From the NCBI GenBank assembly GCA_964608395.1, contig CAZSOR010000001.1:134-64133 (forward strand): a DNA stretch of 64,000 nucleotides. The letters run 5' to 3'. Below the pieces are notes generated by a model that saw only the letters and a program-made list of their open reading frames with translations, did not search any database and had not been told where the DNA came from. Origin of the DNA: an uncultured Pirellulales bacterium. Lineage in GTDB: Bacteria > Planctomycetota > Phycisphaerae > Sedimentisphaerales > Anaerobacaceae. The position numbers were made by a program, and so were the translations under genes. Positions 10,261-19,984 of this stretch are shown piece after piece. Each line of letters starts with the position of its first letter. The first letter of the stretch is position 1.

Positions 10261-13200
10261 TCACCTAGGCCCTGCTTCATTAAGCGGAAACGGCTTAAAG
10301 CCAATTCTGCTCGCCGGGCTATCCTCCGGTAAACGGAAATCCCCATGGGTGGGATCTTTAAAACCAGGATCGGCAATAATCGAGTGTGGGTCATAGCCCA
10401 ATGCCTGCCACTGCTCCCAGTTCAGGATGGGTTCATTCGGTTCATAAAGACGACTGGGAAAACGATCCTGTGCCCCCAGAACCTCACCGGCAGTGGACCA
10501 GACCAGATTGTGGTTGGCCTCGAAGGCCCCACCCCTATTGACTTTATGTGCATAGCCACCGGCATAGATCGGCGTACCGTCACTGAGAAGAATGTTGTTC
10601 GTCAGCACAAAACCCGTATGCGCTTGGGCCCGGGCCAGCATCACCACACTGGTATCGGCGAACGCAAAGATGTTATTGCATATGATGTTGTCCTTGCCGT
10701 AGTGCTGGTTAAAACAACTGTGTCGACAACGATAGGCAAGGTTGTTTTCGATCAGGATATTGCGAGACCCCTCATCACAGTAGATAGCCCAGCCGCCATA
10801 TTTGCCGGCCCAGATATCGTGAAACAGGTTGTGGCGGATGACGGTCCCGGTCTGGTCCCCCAGCGTGTAAATACCGCCCAAATCGCTGAGCACCGGCCCA
10901 TCCCCATTTCTCAACCGCCCGATGTGGTGGATGTGGTTATACTCAAAACAATTGCCGGTTGCCAGGCCGCGGCCGTATCCCCAGGTCCATCCACTGGAGA
11001 TGCTGGAATAGTAGAAATCATGGATTTCGTTGTGATGCACGTGATTATCCGGGCTTTGCCCAATCCATATGCCCACTGCGCAGTGGTAGTAGCGGCCACC
11101 ATCATAGATGCGACAGTCTGCAATTTCGTTGTGTGCACACGCGTCGGATGGACTTTCCAGCACTGGCGGGAAATCTTGCCTATTTGTGTTTTCCTTATCA
11201 GAAGGCGGTCGGATCTTGGGGCCAATCAGAACCCCCCCGGCGCCCAGATCGTGTATGTCACAATGTAAGACTCGGTTGTTAGAGCATCCTGGTCCAATCT
11301 CGAGTCCGTAGTTGCCAATGGCAGTGATTTCACATTCATCGAAGAGACACTCTCTGGCATCCAACAGACGCACGGCCCCGTCCATACGGATGTCCGCCTG
11401 GCTAAAGCCAGAGGGTCTTGAAGACCTCGGCAATACCCAGGTGGTGTGGCAGAAGCTTAAGCCGCGAAAGTGAATGTGTTCGGCCCACCTGTCGTTGGCC
11501 GCATCGCCCTCCACATGTAGCACACTGACCAGCGAAGGAATCACCGCCACGACCTCGGATTCTCCGACCAACGGGCAGTAGTAGAGCTTGTTGGCTTTGC
11601 GATCGAAGTACCACTCACCGGGTTGATCCAACATGGCCCGACCTCCCTCCAGATAATAATCGTCATCGGCTTCGATGGCCCGCCCACTCTTTTTGCTGCA
11701 GATAATCAAACGGTTCTTCCGGTCGATCCGGTCCAGGGGCATGTGGTACTCCAACCACTTATTAAACACCACTGCGACCCCATCTTGAATCCCGTCAAGG
11801 TAGTGCGCATCGGCTTTGGCGTAGGGGAATTGCTCCCTTATCTGAGCGGCGGACGGAATCTTCAAATAGCCACGATTGGGTGTGCGCGCCTGAACCGCCC
11901 GATGACCGTTCACCCATAACTGCTCGAACGGAGTAACCCCTCCAGGTAGTTTGGACAGATCCGAGACCAGCACGCGGCATCCATTGAGATCTGTTTTCGT
12001 CCAGTTGCGAACTTGCATGCCTCCACTAATCACCACCGGTTTTTCCGTCCAGGATCGGTATACGACAGGCGCCTTCTCCGTGCCGCTATCCCGTGCGTTG
12101 AGAATCAAGGCTTGTTTGCGAACATAGGTGCCGGGAAGGATACAAATTTCGATGGATTGCTTTGCTCGCTCCTCCTGAGACAGATTACGTACCCTGTCCC
12201 GGGCGGCCTCCAAGCTTCGGAAAGGTCCGTCTATCCCTTGGGATGACGGACGTTCCAATCTGCCCGACCAGGTGTCGTTACCCTTTAGCGACACAAAGAA
12301 ACGTAGAGGTGCAGACTTCTCCGTCAAGGCAAAACGACTATTTAAGACGATGCTTGAATCACTCACATTCCCTGACTGGGAAACAGTACCCGGAAGGCTG
12401 TAATCTTCTTTGTTTCCATACGCATTGTTGTTCATGCAACTGCCTGTGGCTCCGGATCTGGCATAAATCCCCTTGCTACCATTGTTTGACACAGCATTGT
12501 ATTGCCAATCGATATTTTTGGTAACCACTTTCTCTTTGTTGGCAAGAAGACCGACATTCCCATTGTCGGCAATCACGCAGTTGTGTACCCTAAATCCATC
12601 CGTATCAGCGGCACGCATACCTCTAAAATAATTACCAATGGCTTCGCAGTTATAAACATTGATATCTTTGCTATAGGAGATATTTATCCCATTTGCAGAA
12701 GTGGAGTTATTGAAAATACACTCCCTGACATTAACCATATAGCATCTTCTGAGATATAGGTTGTGTGCATACTTTTTACTTTCAGGGTTGCCGTTTCTGC
12801 TAAAGTTGCAGTTTTCAATGCTGACATTCCTGGCCCCCTTGATATGAACGCCCCATCCGGTTTCGCACACATGGACACCTGATAGTTTAATATGATCATG
12901 ATCTATATTGTAGGATATAAGGTGAATCCCTCCCGCATTTCTGGTTGGTGACCCGATGAGAACGAGGTTCTGGATCGTGATATTCTCCAGGCCATAACCG
13001 GACTGTACAATCATCTTGATGTCGCTAGTCGTTTTGAGAGTACTGGCAAGCGTTCCTTCTCCCCGAAGTGTCACATTGCTCTTGATCTTAAGAGGAGAGC
13101 TAATTGTATGCGTACCCGCCTCCAAAGTAACAGTACCTCCACCGTTAGAGTTGACATAATCTATAGCCGACTGAATGCTCTCGTCGGGAGCCACCGACTG

Positions 13201-13305
13201 GGTGGCTGCATTGAGGTTTGCTGTAAAGAATAGCAATACAGCGACCGCACCTTTTATAAATACATGCCTTGGGAATTCTTTAATTAGTCCATTGCGTTTT
13301 TTCAT
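10261..13305 (-). CDS. Secreted protein with two tandem right-handed beta-helix domains
   Basis: 1014 aa with a signal peptide. Domain 1 starts SIQSAIDYVNSNGGGTVTLEAGTHTISSPLKIKSNVTLRGEG. Domain 2 starts FFVSLKGNDTWSG...PFRSLEAARDRV...PVVYRS and ends with the DP.F.D...GDFRL...SPA..IGF tail typical of PVC beta-helix enzymes. Confidence 0.65.
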   Translation of the reverse strand: MKKRNGLIKEFPRHVFIKGAVAVLLFFTANLNAATQSVAPDESIQSAIDYVNSNGGGTVTLEAGTHTISSPLKIKSNVTLRGEGTLASTLKTTSDIKMIVQSGYGLENITIQNLVLIGSPTRNAGGIHLISYNIDHDHIKLSGVHVCETGWGVHIKGARNVSIENCNFSRNGNPESKKYAHNLYLRRCYMVNVRECIFNNSTSANGINISYSKDINVYNCEAIGNYFRGMRAADTDGFRVHNCVIADNGNVGLLANKEKVVTKNIDWQYNAVSNNGSKGIYARSGATGSCMNNNAYGNKEDYSLPGTVSQSGNVSDSSIVLNSRFALTEKSAPLRFFVSLKGNDTWSGRLERPSSQGIDGPFRSLEAARDRVRNLSQEERAKQSIEICILPGTYVRKQALILNARDSGTEKAPVVYRSWTEKPVVISGGMQVRNWTKTDLNGCRVLVSDLSKLPGGVTPFEQLWVNGHRAVQARTPNRGYLKIPSAAQIREQFPYAKADAHYLDGIQDGVAVVFNKWLEYHMPLDRIDRKNRLIICSKKSGRAIEADDDYYLEGGRAMLDQPGEWYFDRKANKLYYCPLVGESEVVAVIPSLVSVLHVEGDAANDRWAEHIHFRGLSFCHTTWVLPRSSRPSGFSQADIRMDGAVRLLDARECLFDECEITAIGNYGLEIGPGCSNNRVLHCDIHDLGAGGVLIGPKIRPPSDKENTNRQDFPPVLESPSDACAHNEIADCRIYDGGRYYHCAVGIWIGQSPDNHVHHNEIHDFYYSSISSGWTWGYGRGLATGNCFEYNHIHHIGRLRNGDGPVLSDLGGIYTLGDQTGTVIRHNLFHDIWAGKYGGWAIYCDEGSRNILIENNLAYRCRHSCFNQHYGKDNIICNNIFAFADTSVVMLARAQAHTGFVLTNNILLSDGTPIYAGGYAHKVNRGGAFEANHNLVWSTAGEVLGAQDRFPSRLYEPNEPILNWEQWQALGYDPHSIIADPGFKDPTHGDFRLPEDSPASRIGFKPFPLNEAGPR

Positions 13306-13315
13306 AACTCATCTC

Positions 13316-15121
13316 TCACTTCCTTTCCTCTTGAGATCGTTTGCTAAGTGTCTTCAGAAACAATCCAATACCGGTAATGATTACGCCGCAACAGAAGATA
13401 ATCAGGCGCCCCGTCAGTTCATTGGGGATTAAAATCAGTAGCAGGATAAAAGTCCCATACACCAAACACAGATTTCCCAGCACTGTGCACTGGCGCGACT
13501 CATTGTCGTGGTCACCGAGTTCAAGCTCATGCGCCTGAACAGGCGTAGCAATATCCGTAAAGAATTCCTCAACCTGATCGACGTAGGGCTTTTCGTCTTT
13601 ACGGTAGAACAACATGGTCAGGAAGAACCATCCCGTACAAATCACTGCTACTACGCCAGTGGTAATGGCAATTTTCAGATCACCGATTTCACGCGCATTC
13701 AAATCTGGGGTCTGCCAAATCATTCTGATCACATCGTCTGTCGTCATCTCGGGATTCTGCCAAAGCCACTGCACGACCGGATTGACTTTAAACAGCAATC
13801 CAAGAATCGCCGCAGGTACAAAACCGGCCATCATGGTACTCCAGCCCGCCCATGGGGGCGTCTTTTTAAAGAAGATCCCCAGAAACAGCGGTACGGCCAG
13901 AGGCAGACCGGTCGCAGCCGCTATTAACAGCAGTAGATCGAACAGCTCCAATCCCTTAACCTGCTGAAAACACAGACCCAATAGAATCCATATCATCCCA
14001 TAGAGCAGCATGAAGATACGGCCGACCGATATCTGTTCCCTCTCTGACGCATGAGGGCGTATGACTTGAATATAGATGTTGCGCACAAAGCTGCCACCCA
14101 CTACATTCAATTGGCTGTTCAGAGACGTGACCGTCGCAGCAAAAATACCACACACGAGCAATCCGAACAAACCGGCCGGCAGCAGGTCGATGGCCATGGC
14201 CACATAGGCCGCTTCACTGGCATTGTTTAACTTGGGGAATTCCTCGGCTATATTCGGATGCCACACGGCCGCCATCATGGGGGGAACGATCCAGATAAAG
14301 GGCAGGATGATGAGGCCGGCGGTTTGTATCAATATCGCCTTTTTTGCGCTACGTGCGTCCTTCACAAAGATGAAACGCGCTGCCCCTTCAAGGAGGCTGT
14401 TCATTTGAATCAATTGATTGATTAGTAGTGTGATGATGAAGATGACAAGCACATTCGGTCGATCAAATAGGGTCCAATCCAGATGACGGTCGGGAATTTG
14501 CTCCATAAATGCCCCCACCCCGCCCACCTTGATGAGCGTTAGAATACTCATGATCACCGTAATGATGACGACCACAATCATCTGCACAAAATCACCGGCC
14601 GTGGCTGACCACGAGCCGCCGAATACCGTCATCAGGGTGATGATCATCCCAAGCAGGATAATCATGACTGACATGGGCACATTAAAAACGCTGGACATAA
14701 AGATAGCAATGGCATACAACATGGCCCCACCGTAGAGGATTTTGACCAACACCAGCAGCCAGGTCAGCATCTGTTCACTGTTTTTGCCAAAACGCCGACG
14801 AACCCCCTCCATCACGGTGATGATTCGCATCTGACGGTATTTGGCCACTACAAACAAATAACAAAATACCAGGGACAGGACATTGCAGGCAAATATCACC
14901 AGGAAAAACGTGCCGGTTTCGTAGGCCTTGGCCGCACCGCCGGTGAAGGCCCAGGCCGTAAACGTCGTCATAAAGGCCGAACTGCCCACTACCCACCAGA
15001 GCATACCTCCGCCACCACGGAAAAAATCACTTGAGGTCTTGCTGAAGCTCTTGTAGATGGGGCCCAACAGGAACATAAAGACAAGATAAAATCCGATCAC
15101 AATGTAGTCATAATGTGTCAT
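13316..15121 (-). CDS. Sodium:solute symporter (SSS) family permease
   Basis: 601 aa and polytopic. N-terminus YDYIVIGFYLVFMFLLGPIYKS..SDFFRGGGGMLWWVVGSS is typical of SSS sugar/solute transporters. Confidence 0.8.
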   Translation of the reverse strand: MTHYDYIVIGFYLVFMFLLGPIYKSFSKTSSDFFRGGGGMLWWVVGSSAFMTTFTAWAFTGGAAKAYETGTFFLVIFACNVLSLVFCYLFVVAKYRQMRIITVMEGVRRRFGKNSEQMLTWLLVLVKILYGGAMLYAIAIFMSSVFNVPMSVMIILLGMIITLMTVFGGSWSATAGDFVQMIVVVIITVIMSILTLIKVGGVGAFMEQIPDRHLDWTLFDRPNVLVIFIITLLINQLIQMNSLLEGAARFIFVKDARSAKKAILIQTAGLIILPFIWIVPPMMAAVWHPNIAEEFPKLNNASEAAYVAMAIDLLPAGLFGLLVCGIFAATVTSLNSQLNVVGGSFVRNIYIQVIRPHASEREQISVGRIFMLLYGMIWILLGLCFQQVKGLELFDLLLLIAAATGLPLAVPLFLGIFFKKTPPWAGWSTMMAGFVPAAILGLLFKVNPVVQWLWQNPEMTTDDVIRMIWQTPDLNAREIGDLKIAITTGVVAVICTGWFFLTMLFYRKDEKPYVDQVEEFFTDIATPVQAHELELGDHDNESRQCTVLGNLCLVYGTFILLLILIPNELTGRLIIFCCGVIITGIGLFLKTLSKRSQEERK

Positions 15122-15131
15122 ACGATATTCC

Positions 15132-15893
15132 TTATGCCAAAAGTTGGTGCAATGTTACAGCATCCTCATTAAACTGCTCTACAGTGCCTCCCTTAACAAA
15201 TTCCAGCAATACATTTAACAGCCCAGGACACGCCTGGGCCATTGCTATATACCGGGCCCAATCCAACTCGCCCTGAGCCAGAGGATGTCGATCCATATGC
15301 GTGGGACCCCAGTGGAACACATGCAGGCCCACTAACCACGGCAGCACGGTTCGCAGTTCAGTCAGATTCCGGTTCACATCCAGCTCCGGTGCGGGTTGCC
15401 AGTAGGTACCCACATTGGGGTGATCCAAATCATCCAGCAAGGCAGCACAGGATGTACCTGTCTGAGTCAGTGTGTCCTTATGGAATTCAAAGACGACTTT
15501 AATCCGTTTTTCGGCAGCCATATCTGCCACACGTCCGGCTTCCTCCAAAATGACTGTTCTGAGATCATCTGAAGTATTTTCAGGATTTTGATCTCCAGCC
15601 CATACACGAATCAGAGGCGTTTCCAATGCCTCAGCCGTTTGCAACACCGTGTCAAACGAAAGTCCCATGTCTTCGCTTTGCCCAAGCACATAGTACGATC
15701 CATAAGCAGCCACAGCAAGTCCTGCAGCCCGTGTGCTCTGTCCAATGAGACGAGCGGTCTCCAGATCACCATGCGGCACATGATTTTGGCCATGCCATTC
15801 AATGGACTTCAGATGGGCCTTGTGAGCATAGTGAATCACATCCTCACAGGGCCTGTGCTTAAACGTCACTGAGACCAAACCGGGTTGCATCAT
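15132..15893 (-). CDS. Sugar phosphate isomerase/epimerase (xylose-isomerase-like TIM barrel), cytoplasmic
   Basis: 253 aa with no signal peptide. The pattern LKSIEWHG...IRVWAG...VVFEFH fits the family. Its start overlaps the GH3 stop by 1 nt. Confidence 0.55.
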   Translation of the reverse strand: MMQPGLVSVTFKHRPCEDVIHYAHKAHLKSIEWHGQNHVPHGDLETARLIGQSTRAAGLAVAAYGSYYVLGQSEDMGLSFDTVLQTAEALETPLIRVWAGDQNPENTSDDLRTVILEEAGRVADMAAEKRIKVVFEFHKDTLTQTGTSCAALLDDLDHPNVGTYWQPAPELDVNRNLTELRTVLPWLVGLHVFHWGPTHMDRHPLAQGELDWARYIAMAQACPGLLNVLLEFVKGGTVEQFNEDAVTLHQLLA

Positions 15894-17767
15894 TAAAATA
15901 CCACCTGATCAATTTCATTGTCACCGTCAGCCGTGACGCCACCTTTAATCTCATAGCTTGACTCAGTAGAGGATTTGAGGGGCTGGGCATAGTGCTTAAG
16001 CATCCACTTTCCTTGGGAGTCCAGCTTGCCGTAGACCATGCGCGCCGCCGCCTTGAGGCTCTCCGGCGTCACAGAGTAGTTGCAGATAACCGTCATCGCC
16101 TCCGGCACCGCACCCAACTCATACGGACAGTTGGTGACCACAATCACCTTCTTGCCCATGGCAATCAGTTTTCGAATCAGTTCGGTGTTGTTGGCTGGAC
16201 AGAGTCGCCAGTAGTAGTTGGTTGCCACAATCACATCCACCTCATCCACATAGTCCATCAAGAAATCGATATCTTCCTTAGTAGCCTTGAACTTGGTGTC
16301 CACACAGTAGATGTTCCTGGACTGCTCAACCATGGCCTGGTTAAAACACTTGTTGTTACAGGCCACATCAAAACCGCTGTACCCATCAAGTACCTGTTGT
16401 TCGATTACCATCACGGACTGTTCCGGCTTAAGCGGCAGCAGACCCGCTTCGTCACGCAATAGCGTACAACACTTTTCCGCAACGGTCCGGGATAGCTCGA
16501 TGAGCTCTCGATCACGAATCGGAGCCCCGGCCTCATCGGCCTTGACCTGGCCCATGGTATCGAACATACCCAGGTTGTACTTCATGGTGAGTATGCGTTT
16601 AACCGAGGCATTGAGCTGCTCTTCGGATATCTCGCCGTCTTCCACATAACGCCTGGTTTCCAACCACGCCTGGTCACGGAATTCGTCTTCCACCTTGTTG
16701 AGCACCAGGTCGCAACCAGCTTTGAAGGCTAGGGCGCAGGATTTGGCCACGCCGTATTTCTCCATTAACGCACCCATGGTGATGCTATCTGTAGTAATCA
16801 CGCCTTCAAAACCCAAACGTTCACGCAGCAGACCAGTCACAATCTCAGTTGACACAGTAGAAATCTGCATGCTCGGATCAGCTGCAGGCACGGACGTATG
16901 GGCCAGCATAACACTGGGCAAACCATTTTCAATGAGTAGGCGATAGGGTTTCAGTTCCACCGCTTCCAGACGATCCCAATCACCCGGAACATTGGGCACG
17001 GCATAGTGGGCATCGATATCCGAGTCCCCTCGTCCGGGGAAATGTTTAGCTGTAGGCACCAGACCTCCGTCCATATAACCTTTGATCGAGGCCAACGCAT
17101 ACTCGGCAACAACATCCGGATCATCGCCATAGGCACGGATGTTGATTTCCGGATTATTTGGATTCATGTTCACATCCAGCACTGGGGAGTGCAGATTGGT
17201 CACGCCAATAGCACTGAGTTGCAGGGCCACGGCCCTGCAGGCCTTATAGGCCAGTGCCGGATCGCCGGTAGAGGTCAGGCCCATGGCGGATGGAAACAGG
17301 TTGATGCCGCCGAAACTGAAGTCACGACTGATATCCCCTTCCTGATCAATGGATATGTGCAACGGGATACCCGGCGTACGAGCAGCCGCCAGTCGTTGTA
17401 ATTGATTCAGCCGTTCGGCATACTCCTCCGGAGAGACATACACTGCCGCACCGGGAATGAACAGGTTCTGCTTGATCTTTTTATACCCCTGGGGATAGTC
17501 ATAATCATAATTCAAGCTCTGGTGATAGTGCTGGCCGCGGCGGGAATTCTGGCCGAAGGGGGTCACACGAAGTCCTCCGATATGCAGTTTTTCCACAGCT
17601 TCCATCACATAAGGTGTGACCATAGAGCCGCCCCAGTGAATGGTAAAACATTGACCGACCTTCTGATCCAAGGTCATCTTAGCAAGAATCTCTTTTATAT
17701 ATGTCTCACGCTTTTGTGGATCCTTCTTTAAATCATACACCTTGTTTTCTCCTGTCATGCAATGCAT
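15893..17767 (-). CDS. Glycoside hydrolase family 3 (NagZ/beta-glucosidase-like), cytoplasmic
   Basis: 624 aa with no signal peptide. Motifs are KVGQCF, SIDQEGD, KHFPGRGDSDIDAH and GFEGVITTDS. Confidence 0.8.
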   Translation of the reverse strand: MHCMTGENKVYDLKKDPQKRETYIKEILAKMTLDQKVGQCFTIHWGGSMVTPYVMEAVEKLHIGGLRVTPFGQNSRRGQHYHQSLNYDYDYPQGYKKIKQNLFIPGAAVYVSPEEYAERLNQLQRLAAARTPGIPLHISIDQEGDISRDFSFGGINLFPSAMGLTSTGDPALAYKACRAVALQLSAIGVTNLHSPVLDVNMNPNNPEINIRAYGDDPDVVAEYALASIKGYMDGGLVPTAKHFPGRGDSDIDAHYAVPNVPGDWDRLEAVELKPYRLLIENGLPSVMLAHTSVPAADPSMQISTVSTEIVTGLLRERLGFEGVITTDSITMGALMEKYGVAKSCALAFKAGCDLVLNKVEDEFRDQAWLETRRYVEDGEISEEQLNASVKRILTMKYNLGMFDTMGQVKADEAGAPIRDRELIELSRTVAEKCCTLLRDEAGLLPLKPEQSVMVIEQQVLDGYSGFDVACNNKCFNQAMVEQSRNIYCVDTKFKATKEDIDFLMDYVDEVDVIVATNYYWRLCPANNTELIRKLIAMGKKVIVVTNCPYELGAVPEAMTVICNYSVTPESLKAAARMVYGKLDSQGKWMLKHYAQPLKSSTESSYEIKGGVTADGDNEIDQVVF

Positions 17768-17773
17768 TAATCT

Positions 17774-19972
17774 TTATTGTTTGTTGTTAGAACTATCAAT
17801 TTTATGACGCACCATTGAATCCAGCAACGTCTGCCCCTTGTACTTGATCAGGCTGGCCTTCGCGGCACAAAAATCGATCAGCTTGCCGTTTTGGTTAAAT
17901 TCTGCAGAGAGCATGTCTCCGTCAAATTCAAAATCGCCCACTGTTTGCAGCGTTCCATCACCTAAGAGAATGATGAAAGTCGCATCATCGCAGGTCACTT
18001 CGTACTGTGTTTTGCCAATCACCTTTACAGCAACGTCGGGGGCTTTGCCCTGGAAGGGGACCAGCAGCGTGGCCAGCGTTGTACCTTGATGATCCGTTTT
18101 ACTATATTGCAAGGCTGGGGCCTCTACTTTGACGGCATAATCATAGGAGACCCATCCCTGAACGGGATCGCGACTACCCCGGTACTGTTGCAGGGACAAG
18201 CCGTCGGTTAAGACCGGTTTAACTACAATCCCAGCCCCATTTTTATAGCAGGCGATGACACTCATATCCTGGTCTTGGGCTATCTGGGCATCCGGACCAA
18301 AGTGCCAATATTGGTTGTATTGATGCTGGGCACTTGCCGTTAGGTCGTCTACGACCAGCCAGAACCGAGGCTTAATAAACACGACGCGACGGCGATGGGT
18401 CACCGGATCATTCAACCGTTCAAACCCATCATGTGATCCATCCACATAATCAAAACTGTCCGTACTTGACCAGGCGTGGAGGGTGCTTTCCGCTTTGGTC
18501 TTGAACATCCACTCATCGGCCAGCTCCGAGGAATCCCGGCCGTCGACCGTGATGGTATTGTGGGCACTGGTGGACTTGAACCAGACACGCCATGGACCTT
18601 CGTAGATGTAGCGCCCCGGGTCAATCAACAGGGTCTCGCCATAACCCGAGACATCCACACTCAGGGCATCGGCATTACCGTGCACACAGTTCTGATCCAT
18701 AACCCCCAACTTACCACAGGTGTAAACACAATACAGATCGTCATGCTCCCAGCCTGTACGCATGGTACAGAATCCGGAATCCGGCATGGCAATTGAGCCT
18801 AATTGAGGTTTTTCACCCTGCTTACCATGTGTGGCAATCCACAGCATGTCCGGCCGGTTGAACAGACGGGCCCCGGCCTTCAGTACCCACCGTAAATCGT
18901 TGTGGTCTTCCAGCATATTGAGGTTGTTGATATCCTCCCATAGTCCATAGGAGGCACGTTCACCAAACACGTCACTCTCGTCCGCATCCTTGAGCATGGG
19001 ATACACACCATGCGGCTTCATGATGCTGACTACGAAATCAATCATCTTTTCCGCATTCTGTCGGTAGGTATCACTCACCCGCACCCCGTTACGTAACGCC
19101 AGGTCCAGTATCTGCATAAAGCAGAAAGTGCACACCAAGTGATACCCGGAGGCCCGTTCGACTTGCATGCCCTCCGCGCAGAGTTGCATACGAATCTGTT
19201 CTTCAAAACGGCCCATGGCCTCACATTGCCAATCCTTGGCCTCTTTGAATTCGGGAAACAGAATGCCCATGTGGGCCAGACCGTTGGATTCCATCAGGCC
19301 CCAGTTGGGGGAGACATTGAAATAGCTCTTGTGACGTGTATAGTAGAGACGCGTGTGCCGGGCATGCTCAACCATACTGGTCAGCATTGTCACCAGAAAG
19401 TCCGGGGTGAATTCCAACGAGTGCAGGAAATGATAGAAACAGGGCACAAAGGCAGTGTACATGCGAATGCCCAGGGTCAAGGGACGCCAGGTCCCCTGCT
19501 TCATAAAGTGAGGGCGACTGACCTCGCCGTCCACATTGAGCATCCACTCCATGTCGGGCATGGGATTTTCCTTGATCCAGTCGCCCAATAATCGTTTCCA
19601 GGATTGGGTGTATTTTTCATCTCCGGTATACCAGTAAGCCCGCCCCAGCTCCGTCAGAAATTCGTGCCGATTCAGACTGTAGGTCCATTCCGGATCACCT
19701 TTTGGATCCGCCTGCCAATCAATGTCTTCCGGAAGATCCACATGCACCAGATGATTGTTGCAGATGACATTCGCCTTGGTCGTGTCGAAAGCAGTACCAG
19801 GATTGGGGCTTTCCCAACCATCGAAATACTGAACATTCGTTCGTGCACGGTAATAGTCCAACAGCGCGCGTGCGCCGTGGTCAAATTGCTTTTCATTCAC
19901 ACAGGTTTTGACTGTCTCAAGCCCCGGACGCTCCAGGTCCAGCCACCCCATAAATGTCTCAATATGACTCAT
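17774..19972 (-). CDS. Heparinase II/III-family (oligo)saccharide lyase-like protein, cytoplasmic
   Basis: 732 aa with no signal peptide. It carries DPEWTYSLNRHEFLTELGRAYWYTGDEKY (Hepar_II_III_N-like) and HGNADALSVDVSGYGETLLIDPG. Confidence 0.7.
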   Translation of the reverse strand: MSHIETFMGWLDLERPGLETVKTCVNEKQFDHGARALLDYYRARTNVQYFDGWESPNPGTAFDTTKANVICNNHLVHVDLPEDIDWQADPKGDPEWTYSLNRHEFLTELGRAYWYTGDEKYTQSWKRLLGDWIKENPMPDMEWMLNVDGEVSRPHFMKQGTWRPLTLGIRMYTAFVPCFYHFLHSLEFTPDFLVTMLTSMVEHARHTRLYYTRHKSYFNVSPNWGLMESNGLAHMGILFPEFKEAKDWQCEAMGRFEEQIRMQLCAEGMQVERASGYHLVCTFCFMQILDLALRNGVRVSDTYRQNAEKMIDFVVSIMKPHGVYPMLKDADESDVFGERASYGLWEDINNLNMLEDHNDLRWVLKAGARLFNRPDMLWIATHGKQGEKPQLGSIAMPDSGFCTMRTGWEHDDLYCVYTCGKLGVMDQNCVHGNADALSVDVSGYGETLLIDPGRYIYEGPWRVWFKSTSAHNTITVDGRDSSELADEWMFKTKAESTLHAWSSTDSFDYVDGSHDGFERLNDPVTHRRRVVFIKPRFWLVVDDLTASAQHQYNQYWHFGPDAQIAQDQDMSVIACYKNGAGIVVKPVLTDGLSLQQYRGSRDPVQGWVSYDYAVKVEAPALQYSKTDHQGTTLATLLVPFQGKAPDVAVKVIGKTQYEVTCDDATFIILLGDGTLQTVGDFEFDGDMLSAEFNQNGKLIDFCAAKASLIKYKGQTLLDSMVRHKIDSSNNKQ

Positions 19973-19984
19973 TTCACTTCCTTA

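Noticed and set aside
10345-11268. 307-aa plus-strand ORF
   Set aside because: It is antisense to the 1014-aa beta-helix gene and has no recognisable domain, so it is a shadow ORF. The same applies to the other short overlapping ORFs listed inside long CDSs.
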